Positions 23,740 through 37,195 are shown, counted from the first letter of the whole stretch. The stretch is 63,108 nt of DNA, filler included, from Chiloscyllium plagiosum (GCF_004010195.1; 5 parts of one record of this genome joined end to end with filler, not necessarily neighbours in it), one strand, 5' to 3'. A program made the numbers and translations. Notes: a model not told the origin generated them from the letters alone.

Positions 23740-26720
23740 ATAGAATTAGTAAATGGAGATGATGAAGAGTATCAGTATACTTGAAAATTCGTGGCCAAGC
23801 CACTAATGTAGAAATTGGAGCAGAGGAAGCCGAAATGGCAGAATAGGGGATTGAAATCAATAAAAAGGTGAAATGTTGTAAGAATCAATAAATTGGAGAT
23901 TCAATTTAAAGCAACGTCAGATGAAAAATATACAAGTTGAGGCGGGAACCAATACGTTGAATAATTATATCATGGAACCACAACATTGGATTCAGGACAT
24001 CAACAATTGGAAAATTCAAGCCGGTGCCATTAAGTTAGAAGTGGGAGAACTGGAGCATGATAATACTCAATGGGACACTTGGTGCAAGTCAAAGATTTTC
24101 CCAGGATTGGTAAATGTGAGAATTGATGGAGGGATGAGAATCCTAAATGGTGTTACAGATATGATCAACAGGGAAACAGACCCCTCTGTCCAATTCGTTG
24201 GTACATAAATTAAGGCACTCTGACAGGGGATCACTGAAAGGGAGAATCCTTTCAGAGAATTACTAAATGTAAGGATTGTGCTTGAGCCTATCTGAAGTTG
24301 AGAATTGGAAGCAGAACATCTGATAATCGGAGAATCGGTCTAGTGTCGCTGTAAATGAGCGAATTGGGGCAGGGTAATATTTAGTGGGAGGATTAGTGCA
24401 CCAGTAAATGGAAGAATTGGGTTCTGGTACTGTGTCAATTCCTAGACAATTGCGGAGAACTCACTCTGTGATAGGTCAACGCCACAGGACGTAACCTCTG
24501 GCAATAAGTCACTTCTTCATTTCTGACGGCCTGACAAGGATTACTAACTCCGCCTGATTACTAACTCACTGACAGTACTTCAATATCTCAGTGCTGACCC
24601 TCTCATGGTGTAGCACTCCCTCACTTCGGAAAACTTACAAAGAGGCACTGAGTATTAACCCTCTGTGACTAATGCAGTCATACAGAGCCTCAGTGAGAAT
24701 AGAGGCACTACTGAAGATTCTAATTACTGAGCGAGTATTTCGGGATTTTGTCATTGGCACTCTGAAAAGGAAATACTCGCTCAGTACTGACCGTCTGACT
24801 TTAGTCCTGCCTCTGTCCTCACCCTCTAAACATGTAGCATCCGTCAATTCTTACCTCATTACACTGAGGCACTGAGGGAGTTCATTCGTAACAGAGGTTA
24901 AATACTCAGGCAGTCCCTATTTTAATGATATCAGAAATTAGGGAATGCTGCACAATTAAACTGACAGTACTGAGGCATTCAAACACTGTCAGAGGGTTGT
25001 TACTGAGGGAGTACCTCCTTTTTAGAGGGTCAAAAGTGAAGAAGTGTTGTCTGAGGTTCATTCCTTTGGGGGTGACTTGTCAGAGCGTCAGTGTTAAGTG
25101 ATTCTCTGAGAAATGACGGAGCTCCCTCGCCCAAAGTCTCCCATTCAGGGGGTCTCCTAATCTAATTCTAGAATCCTGTATTTTCCTGCCCCAATTCTCC
25201 CATTTACTGCTGCACTGCTCTAATTGTCCCATTATCTGTGAGCCTGCTCCAATTTCGCATATTCAGATAAGCCCTGGAACATTTTTCCCCGTCAGTAGAA
25301 ACTTGAAAAGAGCCTCCAAATTAGTGATGCCCTGCCAGCATTATTAAAGTTAGGCATGGGTGAGTTGGACCTCAGTGTCGTTTCCTTGTTCAACATCTCT
25401 GTGACTCAATTTAGGGCTCAGCTGCCCTGCACTATTTCTCACACTGAGTATTAAACTGCCCCGATACTCCTATTTAGAAATTAATGGCACCTGCATGAAT
25501 TCTCCAATTATTGATGCCCAACGTAAATTCTTTTAATTTCATTGTTCCCTGGTACATTTCCTCCTGTATTGGTGCACTGCTGATTTTTTTGATCACTTAA
25601 AGCTGCACTGTACCACATCTCCAGCTGCCGAAGCTTGTAACATGTTTCCTTTTTTCTCGATATCCTTACCTTATTCTCCTATTTGGCCGGTCTCTGCTCT
25701 AAATCCCCAATATATTGGTAACTCACACTAATTTTGCAAAGTTTCACGAGGTCCACCAAATCTTCCCTTTACTGATGTCCATCAATTGACCCATTTATTC
25801 GTACCCCTAAACCAATTTGTGTATTTAAAGATGGCCTCGCGCAATTCTAACATTTGGGGTGTCCTATCATAATTCTCCCATTTGCTGGTTGTGTGTCCCA
25901 ATTGTCTAATTTAACTCCACTGTGCACCAGTTCTTACATTTAATATTTCTCTGCAACAGTTCTCCCATTTAGTGGTCCACTGCTAGAAATCTTTAATTTT
26001 AGCATATCCGGTATCAGATCTCTAAATTAGTAATGCTGCACAAATCCTCCCTTTCATGGCGAACTGCACCAACGCTCCCCTTGGATATTGTCTTGCTCCA
26101 ATTTGCGCATTCAGTTGCTCCCTGATTCACATCTTCCACATAATGGTGCCTGCTCAATCTTTTCTGTCAGTTACTTGTGCCTTGCATCGGTTCATCAAAT
26201 TACGGCGACTTTGCCACATTTCCCGAGTCTGTGATTCCCTATCCGTGTTCTCCCATTCACACGTGCTCTGTTCCAGTTCTCGATGTTATTGGCTAACTGC
26301 AAAAAAAGATCACTCTCACTTACTGATGTCATGCACCAATGCTCCAATTCAGTGGCGCCCTCCAACAGTTTTCATATGTTACTGATGGCCGAGACAAATT
26401 CTCCCTCTTGTGGATGCCACAGTCTAATTCTCTGATTTAGTGGTGCCACACTCTTGTTCTATGTGCAATTCTTCCATCTAATTGTTCAAGAACTATTGTC
26501 CCATTTGGGCTCTCCTTTCCTGCACCAATTCGCCCATTTACAAAATCTGTGTAAATCCTCTTTTCATCAGCAACTGCACCAACCCCGCCATTGACTATTA
26601 TCCAGCCCAAGATCTCCCACTTAGTGCATCAATTCTCTAATTTAGAGGCACTGGCACAATTTATCCAAGGTTCTATACCCTTTATCAATAGTCCCCTTTA
26701 TCTGTTTTCTTATACATATG
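23740..26720. repeat. Composite degenerate satellite block in mirror orientation
   Basis: gtgcaccagtaaatggaagaattggg-type units on the left, ccaattctcccatttactgctgcac-type units on the right, cagtactgagggag-type units in the centre in both orientations. Confidence 0.6.
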
Positions 26721-26761
26721 TATCATTTCATTCAGTGGTGATCTGAAACGAATCTCTAATC

Positions 26762-26861
26762 NNNNNNNNNNNNNNNNNNNNNNNNNNNNNNNNNNNNNNN
26801 NNNNNTTAATTAATTAANNNNNNNNNNNNNNNNNNNNNNNNNNNNNNNNNNNNNNNNNNNN
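26762..26861. other. Assembly gap with artificial TTAATTAATTAA linker (also ~51570, ~55947, ~60063)
   Basis: Identical six-frame-stop 12-mer embedded in N runs four times. Confidence 0.95.

Positions 26862-26931
<70 letters not shown>
26862..26931. repeat. (GT)n(TA)n microsatellite
   Basis: Direct reading. Confidence 0.98.
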
Positions 26932-26933
<2 letters not shown>

Positions 26934-27159
26934 GGGACAGATGTCAGAGGTAGTTTCTTTGCTCGGTGTGTATTCGGGACGTTTAATACACTGCTTGCAA
27001 CAGCAGTAGACTCGACAACTTCAAGGGCATTTAAAAGCAAGGAGTACTTTGTTTTGGTAAAGTAAACAAGGGCATTACATATCAAATTAAAATAGAGTCT
27101 GTGGTATTGTTGGAGAACAGATGCCTCGTGGTCCAGTCATAAATCTTTGATGCTTGCTT

Positions 27160-27787
27160 ATTTTGGTTGCTACAAAGGCATTCAGCATGCTGTCCCAGAC
27201 CTATGAGTTCAGGAGTTCGGATGTCATATTGAGATTGTACAAGAATGTTGATGAGGCTTCTTCTGTAGTCATGTATCCAGTTGTGCTCCCCCGTTTATAG
27301 GAAGGATACTATTAGGTTGCAGAGGATTTAGATGAGATTTACTAGGATGTATCCATGAACGGAGGAGTTGATTTAAGAAAATGAAATGGTTAGGCAAGCA
27401 TATTTCATTGGAACGTGGGGGGAGGGCGGGGGCGTGGGTGAGGGATGACCTTCGCATGGTTTGAAAACTCAGTAGGAGTATGGATCAGTGTCTTTGACCG
27501 AGGATGGGTAATTTTAATACTCCGAGGATATTTATCGTGAGAGGGGAAAGATTTAAAGAGACATGAGTAGCAAATGGTTCACACAGTTTAGTGTCTGTAC
27601 TTTCAGAGGCAGTGCTGGATGTGTGTATATTTCCTGTGTTTCAAAGACGGTTAGGTGGGTGCGTGAATTTGGAGGGAGAGCAACCAAGCGCAGGCAGCTG
27701 GAACTGGTTTAGTGAAAGATTATATTCGGCATGGACTAGTTGAACTGAAGAGTCTGCTTCCATGATGTAAGACTCTATGACTCTATG
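27160..27787 (+). mobile_element. Old CR1 3' fragment
   Basis: gatttactaggatg.., ends ggcatggactagttg..gaagagtctg with (gactctat)n tail. Confidence 0.75.
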
Positions 27788-28204
27788 TGTGTTTGTGTGT
27801 TTCTGTATGCATCAGCATGTCCCTGACTGTGACTGTCTCGATTTCTGTGTGTTTATATATGTCTGTGTGCATCTGTGTCTATCTCCATATGCGCGTGATG
27901 GTTGTTTCTACATTAGTGTGCTAAGGTATGTTTGTAACTCTGCATCCTAATCTGTTTGTAATGTGGTCGAATCAACGAATTGGGGGTCAAAATCACTCTC
28001 CCTTCGTCTGTCTCTAGCTGAAACTCTTTTTAAAATATGATGCAGTGGCACGAAGAATATAGCACAAATACAAGCACAGCAGAGGTACAGATCATACGGC
28101 CCTCTAAGCCAGTGCCGAACATCATTCTGTAAGTAAACTTTTAAAAACTTTTATTATTTGTTCCGTATCCCGGTATTCCCTCCATATTCACATAACCTTC
28201 CAGA

Positions 28205-28809
28205 TGTTGTATTAGCGTTCATTAGCAGAGGGATTGAATTCAAGAATCGTGAAGTGATGTTGCAACTGTGGAAGACTTTGGTTAGGCCACATTTGGAGTA
28301 CTGTGTGCAGTTCTGGTCGCCTCACTTTAGGAAAGATGTGGAAGCTTTGGAGAGGGTGCAGAGAAGATTTACCAGGATGTTGCCTGGAATGGAGAATAGG
28401 TCGTATGAGGATAGGTTGAGAGTGCTAGGCCTTTTCTCGTTGGAACGGCGAAGGATGAGGGGTGACTTGATAGAGGTTTATAAGATGATCAGAGGAATAG
28501 ATAGAGTAGACAGTCAGAAACTTTTTCCCCGGGTACAACAGAGTATTACAAGGGGACATAAATTTAAGGTGAAGGGTGGAAGGTATAGGGGTGATGTCAG
28601 GGGAGGGTTCTTTACCCAGAGAGAGGTGGGGGCATGGAATGTGCTGCCTGTGGGAGTGGTAGAGTCAGAATCTTTGGTGACCTTTATGCGGCAATTGGAA
28701 GGTACATGGATGGGTGCTTAAGCTACGACAAATGTTCGGCACAACATCGTGGGCCGAAGGGCCTGTTGTGTGCTGTATTGTTCTATGTTCTATATTCTAT
28801 GTTCTATGT
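28205..28809 (+). mobile_element. Relatively young 5'-truncated CR1, inserted into an older minus-strand CR1 end (~28060-29050)
   Basis: Open frame LAFISRGIEFKNREVMLQLWKTLVRPHLEYCVQFWSP..LGLFSLERRRMRGDLIEVYK; (ttctatg)n tail. Confidence 0.93.
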
Positions 28810-29868
28810 CTTAAATATCGCCAAAATGCCTGCTTCCACCATCTCTTCTGGCAGTGTGTTCCAGGCTCCTACCAATCAGCGTGATAAACGAACTTCCAAC
28901 ATTTCTCTGAAACATATCCCCTCCCACAATGAATCTGTGTCCCCTTGTAATTAAACTTCAAGGCTGCGAAAAAAGCCTTTGACTATCCACTCAATCTATA
29001 CCACTCATAATTTTGTAGACTTCCTTAAGGTCTTGTCTCAGCTGCCGTCTTTCTCATCGAGTAAGAGAGCACGTCATGTGAATGGGGCTCTCCAAACGAA
29101 TTATCGCAGAAGGCACTCTCTATCATCAATTCCTATTCCAGTTATAACAATAAACAGAAAGTCCGAAGACGACTCAGTTAGAAGACTTCGGTTTTGGAGG
29201 GACAGACGGAAGAAAAAGATTCACAAGACAAGAAGGAAGAGAGCATATGAGACTGTGTGGACTTTGAGAGATCAAGTTGACTTAATGGTGAATAATTGTG
29301 TCATCGGAGCAGCTGTTCAATGCAATTGGGGTCAGACTGATTATCTAACAAAAAGAGGCCCGTATTTGTTCATAGGTTTTGTTTATTGCCCCCTGTTAGA
29401 GATTGGAAATAAGACTTCTTTCCTGTAAACAGTGGAAATGGGGTGTTTTCGTTCACTCACTCACGCTGTCAGCAGATTATGTGGAAAGGCGAGTTTTTAC
29501 TGGAATTATAGTTTTAACCCGCAGATAGATGCTCATTATCGCAACGATTCTGTGATGGGTACGATTGCATCCTGTTCTAATACTTAAACATTAGTCAGGA
29601 ATCTAAAAAATGGCATGACTTTGTGGAGAAAAATCGTCATGTTTATTTTTCGTGTTTCATTGTGTACGGTCAAAACATAAGCATTTGTTTTCAGCTCACA
29701 GTTTGTCCGAATCACCAAGCGACTAATTTCCGTGAAATGCCGTGCACATGTGAAGCAGCCGTCAGTGTAAGAAACCCTCTGATATGAGGTTTGCAAAAGG
29801 ATTAGTAATGGTTAAGTTATATTAACTGTATATTGCTAAAACGTCCATGTTAGCCAATGTGAATAGCA

Positions 29869-30052
29869 GAAAGTGAGGACTGCAGATGCTGGAGATCAGA
29901 GCTGAAAATGTATTGCTGGAAAAACGCAGCAGGTCAGGCAGCATCCAAGGAGCAGGAGAATCGACGTTTCAGGCATGAGCCCTACTTCAGGAATTCTCCT
30001 GCTCCTTGGATGCTGGCTGACATGCTGCGCTTTTCCAGCAACACATTTTCAG
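29869..30052. mobile_element. Penelope family A fold-back insertion with 14 bp TSD
   Basis: TSD caatgtgaatagca at 29855-29868 and 30053-30066; inverted arms gctgaaaatgt..ggagcaggagaat / attctcctgctcc..acattttcagc. Confidence 0.9.
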
Positions 30053-32059
30053 CAATGTGAATAGCAAACAGGAATGGGAAACTACTGTCTTCAGCAATGC
30101 ACTGAATACATCACTAAACAGTATATGCCCCGACACAGAAGACACATTTTATTTGAAGCATCTGTTATTGAAACATGTTCTTGAAAGTGGATTGCTAACG
30201 GGAATTAAACAGCTCTATTGCCAATGTAAACTTTAGGTAATCTCAGTCAATTCATGTGTCTCTGCGAGTTTCACATTTGATAAAAATTGTAGAGATGAAC
30301 ATTTCTGCTGTTTAGTTATACTGAGTTAAATGCATGTTTTCTTAAGTATTTTTTTCTCCTCTTCAGGTGCATCAAAGAAATCTTTTCAGAATTTAATGAC
30401 AGATAAACAAATGGTCAGTGTTTTTATCGTGTTGACCTTCACCTTTGGAAGGAAGGCTGACCTGTGGGAGTGTTACGTCATTTCCACCTGTGCGGATATG
30501 TTCAGGAGCAGAGGGCAGATATGATGATCAGCTCCACCATGGGATGATGGCGGTTAGTACTCTTTCCTGGACCAGAAGGTCGGTTTTGTGTTATTTGGAG
30601 AGACAGGAAAGCGTTTCCATGTCTGGGCGAACATAAAAGGTGTCTGAGAGAAGTGTAGTGGCACATGTACGATGTATGCAGTGAATCGATTGAGAAGTTA
30701 TCCTTGAGTTCGATTATGTGCTCAACAATCCAAATTTCCCTGTGCAGAAGTTTGATCATGTACTTTAATGGGAATCAACTAATTTCGATGCAGATAGCAG
30801 AATAATACAGCCTTGGAGTGCCTGTGCAGTCGGGAATTGGATTTCTTTTGAATACTTTCGAATCAGCCTGGTCTGAAATGTTTTCACACACTACCGGAAC
30901 AACTACAATGTGAAGCGAGTCGGCCGCGAATTTGGATCCTACTATTGCATCGCAATATTGTTGCTTCTTAATTTACGTTTGCTTCAAAGTGTGCTATGGC
31001 GTGCAATCTGCTGCATTCTCAAGTACAGTTCCAATCAATACCGGCCTGCTGAACGTCTGGAAAATGACCAATCTGAATTATTAACTCCACCGAATAAGAA
31101 GAGCCGGTAGGCTGAGTTGAAGAATGAGGAAAATAAAGGAAAATTCATGCAATTGTGCAAAAATTGACAAGTGGTTCGAAGATTGGACAAAACATTTTTT
31201 TTAAAAAAAGACGCCTAAACAAAAGAAAGGAACGTGACTATAGAAGTGAAAATAATCAATCACATATAAACAGATAATGAGAGATTCTATTCAAAAAACT
31301 ATCATTGAAGAAACGGTATAACAATGTGATCTTTGGTCCATCTTGGCGTGAGACTCGAGAGTTAATAATAGAATAGATGGAAAAGGCAGGTGAATTGAAT
31401 TGATAGTTTGGATTAGTCTTCCCTGTTAGGGATAGACATTCAATCGAAGAAAAAGCTGTGAAACAGGAAATTAAGCCATTCAGGAATTGAGAAAAGTCTG
31501 AAACACCAATCAATTCTCAAGTCGGGGGTGAGGGGTGGGGAAATGGTTTGTGTGATCTGTGTTGTTTTGTTTTCTATTTTCCAAAACGCATTTCGTCACG
31601 GATGGAACCAATTTATGCGGAGAAAGCAAATGTTCCTTATTCATTTGAAAAGTGAAAGAGGAGTGAGACATCACAGTGCAATTGGCTCTACAGCAGCCGA
31701 TTGGATTTTCTCACGTGCAATGTATATTTGACCAATCAATTTGAGTTCATTGCGATGGTGACAATTTCGTTGGTCATAGTGACCAAGTGGCTCATGTGGA
31801 CGTTGATTTCCATAATGCGTTTGATAAGCACATGAATGACATCATAATTTATTGCCAAATTAAACACTGACGTTGTGAATGCTCAGGCACTGTAGTCTAT
31901 GATAATTGGCTGGGTGAAATGAGCAAATATCGAGTTTATTTGTGTTTGACTTTCAATGTTGCAAGATCGAAGTTGTTACCGGAATCGTGTTTTGAACTGT
32001 TAATAATTCATCCAAATGAAGTGATGAACAGACCAATAAGTTTTCACTCAGGGCATTCA

Positions 32060-32642
32060 GAACAGAATTTGGGAAGTTACGTTGCAGTTATACAGGACGT
32101 TGGTGAGTCCGCATTTCAATGATTGCATTGAGGTTTGGCCACCTCATTATAGAAAATTTGGTATTAGACTGGAAATATTGCGCAGGAAAATTACAATGAT
32201 GTTGCCTGGACTCAATAGTCTGAGTTACATCTACGGGGTGGAAAAGCGAGCTCTCTTTGTTTCGAGCATAGAAGACTGAAGGCAGACCGTTCTCACGTGT
32301 ATAAGATCCTGAGAGACATGGATAAGTTGTATGCACTCAGTCTTTTTTTTCCTTAAGGTTGGGTAATCGAGGACTAGACTGCATCAGTTTTCGGTCAGAG
32401 GAGAAAGAATATAATTCGAGGGGCAACTCATTTTATGAACAGAATGGTACGCCTATATATTGAGCTGTCACCAAAAAAAGATTGAGGCGGGTATATTAAC
32501 AACATGTAAATGACGCTTGGACAAACATTTGGATAGGAAAGCTTCAAAAGGATATGGGCCGAATGCAGGAAAATGGGTTAGAGTGGATTGACATTTTGGT
32601 TGGCATGGACCAGTTTGGACCAAAGGGCCTGTCTCCAGCTGT
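32060..32642 (+). mobile_element. Old CR1 3' fragment
   Basis: QLYRTLVSPHFNDCIEVWPPHY (ORF 32082) and 3' UTR ggcatggaccagtttggaccaaagggcctg. Confidence 0.8.
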
Positions 32643-33554
32643 GTCGCATTAACCGCTAAAGGTTAACATCGAGGTGCAGCATGTAATTCGGGAATGATGC
32701 TAGAATATTAATGCATATATCGTGTCTGGTTTTATTTTTCGCAAGTATGGAAACTGTGTTTGAAAGAGATAAACGGCTGTCTTAAACCACAGTGCTAGAA
32801 ATGGTATACTTTGTAAGTAAAAAAAAAACAGAGCATCCCCCTGCGGAAATGCATGGACAATAGTTCGAGAAAGTAATACTCGAAGTTTGAGTTGCAGACT
32901 ATTTGGATGAGTGAGTGTGCATCTCCAGCTTTCAATGTCTGCAAACATGTTAATTGGCATCTGGACTAATGACCAGTTATAAATTATAGAGATTTTATTT
33001 GCCTTCCAACAGCGTTGTATTTGATTCCCGACGGCTCTCATGGGATTTAACTGGAAAGAGGTCACAATGCGACAGAAGTATTCAGTTCATCTCTTAGCTT
33101 GGAAAATACTTTTGTTAATTACTATTGTCAAAAGTCACTGGAAATGGGAAAAAAACAAGTTCCAAAATTATTGTAAACTTGCATTTTTCACTGACAGAGG
33201 CAGGGACTTTTATGATTGATGCAGCCACCACGTCTCTCCTCCAAAGCAGTGGAAGCATTTACGAAAAGACGACTGAAACAACATCATTTTCCAGCAGAAA
33301 AACCATAAAGACGACCTCAAAAGTAGAATGGAAGATCAAAAACAACTGAACTGCATTTCCTCTCGCAACATATTTCTCGACTATCTGTTTGGTTCTGGAG
33401 AAAATGGGAGCTTCAAAGTGGCAATGGTGCCAATTCATTATCTTAATTGCCGACTACTTATAGTTGCCTACCTGTAGCTAGCGTTCAATTCATCGGATCA
33501 CGACTGTACAGTTACTCTGTCTGTCAAGAATGAACCTCCAAATTGTATCCCACC

Positions 33555-33780
33555 CATCTCAATGGCTAAATGCATCTGCACATCCCTGGACATTGAGGGG
33601 CAATTTAGCTTGTACAATCCACTCAGTCTGCATATTATTTTAATGTGCAAGGGGACCAGACACACAGCGGACGCCTATGCAAAAATATATAAACGCCAGT
33701 GACAGTCTCGCTTAATTGAACATGTGCCCCTGTGGAGCTGTCGGACAGCAGGCGTTCTGCCGCCCAGAGCACCCACCCGT
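33555..33780 (-). mobile_element. Degenerate HE1-type SINE
   Basis: ctgcacatccctggacat..ggggcaatttagcttgtacaatccac. Confidence 0.6.
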
Positions 33781-35159
33781 AAAATAAATGATTCCCAGTC
33801 ACAAGAGAAAGCTGGTTGGTAATTTGTAACAACCTGAGTCTGAAAGTCAGGAAATTTCGGGAACTTTTTGTATGCTTTAAAATGTATAAATCATATTATG
33901 ACTCTGGGATTAGGAGAGCTTGATTTCCAAAGTTGTATGCAATTAGTAGGGACGCATCATGTATTGAAATTATACCAAAATTTTCAGTTATAGAGGGCAT
34001 TATTGAAACTGCATCAGGAATACTGTACTCATACTGTTCCACTTATTCAAGGACCGAGTCGGCAAACTGAAGACAGGTCAATATGTTTTTTCAGACTAAC
34101 ACCTGAAATGGGACCGGGGGTGTGGCGGAGCGGGCTGTTGTCTGTTTCAGAAACGTCTTGCACGCTAACTTTCTACTTGCTGCAGTAAGATGCGACCTGA
34201 CCAAAAGGTCTCTGCCATTAAGGAGTCTTACTTTAAGCATATATTATCCTGAGGGGTGTTTCAAAGAATAAAAGTGTTGAGGACGTTTATACTCACAAAA
34301 GCATCTTGAACCGAATGACACATATTTGAAAATTAGGGTCAAATAAGTGAAATGATTACCATTGATAAACGTGAATCTTCGGATTTGTCCTTCTGCAAAT
34401 ATGGTTTCAGCGCACTGTTTAATTTTTAAAATGGAAATATAGATGAGTTCGAGTTAAGCAGATGAGTGAAAGTTTTCATGGGAGTTGGAAATGTGGTTTT
34501 GAGATACAATCAAATCAGCAATGTACCAATGGAATGTCATTCACGATCGAAATATTATGTTACTTATTGTGATTCACATGTATGTAACTTTCAAGGTGGA
34601 ACAGGAAAAATCTTTCTTCAGACAAAAGTAAAACGTAGCTGATTAAGTTAATTCAATTTTTTTTCCAAACGCTTCTTCTGAAAATTCAATATATATGCAG
34701 ACACATTGTCCCATTTTAGCTCTAAGTTAAACATAATTTCAATTCAACTGCCTGCATTTATTGTGAAAATGTGTTTCTGTTCTTAAAATTCGCTGTTTAT
34801 GGGAATTGTAAAGGACAATATACTCGTTGCGATTCCTTGCAGAACGGAATTCCCCAGCTTCTGTCAAGGTGTTTGCATACACTTAAAATCCACTTCACTA
34901 AACCATGTTTTGTATCAGCTATCAATCCATTCTTCAACGGAAGCCCTCTTTCGCATTCTTTTGATGCAATTGATCAGGGTTAAGCAAGAACAAACTACAA
35001 CTATTGTATCGCTTATATTAACTCATTATAATGATCAACGAAATAGTATTAGTAGATCTTTCCATTCTACAGGCTCTCATAACTTTAGCACTGCCTCATT
35101 CTATCAAGAATGTTCCAGAACAGGAGCGATGTAATTCCTCATGAACTTGGAGCTGCTCC

Positions 35160-35986
35160 GCAATTGTTCATTTCGTAAATGCTGCATTTTGGGAATGCAA
35201 ATCTTAGCAGGATTTATACACTTAATGGTAAGGACATAGTGAATGTTGCTGAACAAAGACACCTTTGAGTGCATACACATAGTCCCTTGAAAGTGGAGTC
35301 GCAAGTCGATAGGATAGTGAAGAAGGGGTTTTGTATGCTTTCCTTTATTGGTCAGAGTATTGAGTACAGGAGTTGGGAGGTCATGTTTCGGCTGTACAGG
35401 ACATTGTTTAGTCCACTGTTGGAATATTGCGTGCAATTCTGGTCTCCTTCCTATCGGAATGTTGTTGTGGAACTTGGAAAGGTTCAGAAAAGATTTACAA
35501 GGATGTTGCCAGGTTCAAATGATTTGAGCTAGAAGGAGAGGTTGAATAAGCTCGTTCTGTTTTTTTCCCGGATCGTAGGAGGCTGACGGTGACATTAAAG
35601 AGGTTTATAAAATCATGAGGGGCATGTTTAGGATAAATAGACAAAGTAGGTTCCCTGGTGTGGAGGAGTCCAGGACTAGAGGGCATACGTTTAGGATGAG
35701 TGGAGAAAGATATAAAAGAGACCTAAGGGGCAACGGTTTCACACAGAGGGTGGTACATGTGTGGATGAGCTGCCTGAGGACGTGGTGGAGGCGAGTACAA
35801 TTGCAATATTTGAAAGGCATCTGGACAGATATATAAGTAGGAAGGATTTGGAGGGAGAGTTTAAACCAGTTGCTGGTAGATGGAACTAGATTGCGTTGGG
35901 ATATCTAGTCGGCATGGACGAGTTGGACCGAAGGGTCTGTTTCTGTATTGTACATCTCGATGACCCTATGACTCTATGACTCTATG
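35160..35986 (+). mobile_element. CR1 3' fragment
   Basis: SLKVESQVDRIVKK..LYRTL..LLEYCVQFWSP; SRTRGH; (gactctat)n tail. Confidence 0.92.
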
Positions 35987-36289
35987 TCAGTGCACCAGAT
36001 CTGTCTATTTTGAGCAAGCTACCCTCAGGTGATCAATTTTAACACATTGCTTGGAAGACCATGACATCAGAGACGGATCAGCCAGGTTTCACCATCTGGG
36101 GCTTCGACATAAGAAAATTGAAATTGTTCCATTTTATTTTGTTAATTCCGGATTCTTTCTGAATCTTCTCCTGCATCAGAGGTTTTGGAATGTGTAAGTT
36201 CTGATCAACCAAAACCAAGTAATAGTGGTGAACCATTATCATGTTGAAAAGTTTACCACACGTTTCTTTTTGTGCTGTTTCACTTACAG

Positions 36290-37195
36290 TATATTTAGTG
36301 GCTGGATTGATCCTGTCCCATGAAAAAGTTGGCCTTTCAATTGTACCACTCGTTATGTGCTACCTCTAGCAATAGCAGATGAAGTATTTGTCACCACAGT
36401 AGTCATACTGTGGCGGATCACTTATTATTTTTGCCTATCTTTTTTTTCTCATTACCCCTGTGTGCAGTGTTAACCATACCCTGCGTTGTGCAGCAATGGA
36501 ATATTCATTCTCGTTCACCGATAATTTTACATTTGATCGATTTGCAGCCATTTGTTGGCAGTGTCAAAGGGGAAAAACACTGCACTAAGAGAACAACAGT
36601 TGTGTTTCTAGCAACAACAGGTGTTCTCTCTATTTAAAACAAAAATACCTCACTACTTTATATAGGAACCTGGAGAGATATGAATTAACATGGTTCTGTT
36701 ATGTAAAGCCAAACAATTATATTGATTCGGTTTGGGCGTTATTTAATTACTTCTAAATGGTTTTAAGTCCATTGCTCCTATTCGTTTTTTTTTGCAGAAA
36801 ACTCTGATCTTGTGACACACGTTAGTGAGGAGCCACATCCGTAAGTGACTGAGATGCCAGAGCATCAAAGACAATTACAACGACACAGAAATGGAGAGAA
36901 GGATGAGGTCTATGATTTTACTCTACAGCATATCCAGCAGATTCATTCTTTTGTGGATGGTGCATGCATTAATACTTCTTGTATTATTGCATTTCAGGAT
37001 CAAATACAAGGAATCATAAAAAGATACAGATTCGTTTTGCAAAGGGTCAGATTCATGCTGCGCAATTTAATTTGCAGTGCAAACACTCGTTTGTATGGAG
37101 CAACTCAGTCCAAATTTAGAGAGCAGCTAATCAGTTCAATGGAGAATCCCATCTATTCAAGGCTTCGACTGAATAAACAAACAGGGCAACTATGA
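36290..37195 (+). pseudogene. GPR139-like class A GPCR pseudogene (main coding exon)
   Basis: Acceptor tttctttttgtgctgtttcacttacag ends 36289; across frames ILSHEKVGLS/CTTRY..AIAD, VILWRI, TPVCSV, FTFDRFAAICW (DRY site), HCTKRTTVVFLATT, EMERRMRSMILLYSIS..FILLW, NTRLYGATQSKFREQL (NPxxY site and helix 8); multiple frameshifts. Confidence 0.85.

Noticed and set aside
26807..26818. Palindromic TTAATTAATTAA recurring four times
   Set aside because: Always embedded in N runs; an artificial six-frame-stop contig linker, not biology
28158..28721. 187 aa ORF as a host gene
   Set aside because: It is the C-terminus of CR1 ORF2 in a 5'-truncated copy
29060..29830. Possible solo-LTR remnants (also ~51005-51440 and ~56790-57230)
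   Set aside because: LTR-like in composition but I could not define TG..CA ends or TSDs
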